Source: an uncultured Marinoscillum sp. (GTDB taxonomy: Bacteria; Bacteroidota; Bacteroidia; Cytophagales; MED-G16). Taken from it: a stretch of DNA of 64,000 nt. Made by a program: the position numbers and the translations under genes. The notes under the pieces were generated by a model. It did no database searches and was not told where the DNA came from. It worked only from the letters and a program-made list of their open reading frames with translations. The stretch is taken from the NCBI GenBank assembly GCA_964553685.1, contig CAZKLB010000003.1, forward strand, positions 62,501-126,500, written 5' to 3'. Within the stretch, counting starts at the first letter, position 1. Each line of letters begins with the position of its first letter. Of the stretch, positions 63,833-64,000 are shown piece after piece.

Positions 63833-64000
63833 TTATAATTTATCTTCTACTAGTTTCATTATTTTTTCTTTTTTTAAGAAAGAATCATTTAAAATTTTGT
63901 TCGCTTTCTTCATTATATCATCACCGCCACTTGTATCCTTTAAATTAATTCTAACATTTAAATAAGCACCATGAATAGCAGCATGCACACATAAACATGC
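63833..64000 (-). CDS. 3' end of a cyclodeaminase/cyclohydrolase (FTCD C-terminal domain) family gene; the 5' part lies outside the window
   Basis: The minus-strand frame reads ACLCVHAAIHGAYLNVRINLKDTSGGDD...KLVEDKL, with its stop at 63833-63835. GAYLNVxINLKD resembles the cyclodeaminase domain. Confidence 0.5.
   Translation of the reverse strand, partial: ACLCVHAAIHGAYLNVRINLKDTSGGDDIMKKANKILNDSFLKKEKIMKLVEDKL

Overview
This AT-rich, very gene-dense 64-kb segment reads as core chromosome of a Flavobacteriia-type Bacteroidota. Evidence for that placement: a PorP/SprF type IX secretion gene, the DUF4290-murA pair, ftsK-lolA linkage, a tmRNA tag of the GE..YA.A type, recurrent TAnnTTTG -7 promoter boxes, and many 1-8 nt start/stop overlaps. 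I call about 60 protein genes plus one tmRNA. The housekeeping set includes topA, gyrB, ftsK, xerD, a UvrD-type helicase, dnaX, recA, rplM-rpsI-rpsB-tsf, rpsT, pheT, zapA, queA, ispD, murA, acnB, pyrD, pyrF, aroQ and rnhA. I found no transposase, phage gene, CRISPR array, tRNA/rRNA gene or recognisable defence module. I do not see convincing evidence for a new multi-gene system here. The best leads are modest. (1) An A10 slippery run in dnaX has immediate stops in both alternative frames, at the gamma/tau boundary. (2) The only accessory-looking islet lies between murA and acnB: a START-like protein, a cadherin-like exported protein with a C-terminal hydrophobic hairpin, a GT2, and a decayed reading frame. 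(3) Two periplasmic oxidoreductase modules may act on glycosides: GMC flavoprotein with a TAT small subunit near a DUF1080 protein, and a TAT Gfo/Idh/MocA enzyme with an NHS-type MFS transporter and a second Gfo/Idh/MocA enzyme. (4) MurA carries Asp at the fosfomycin-target Cys position. All functional calls rest on motifs read by eye from the translations; no database search was possible.
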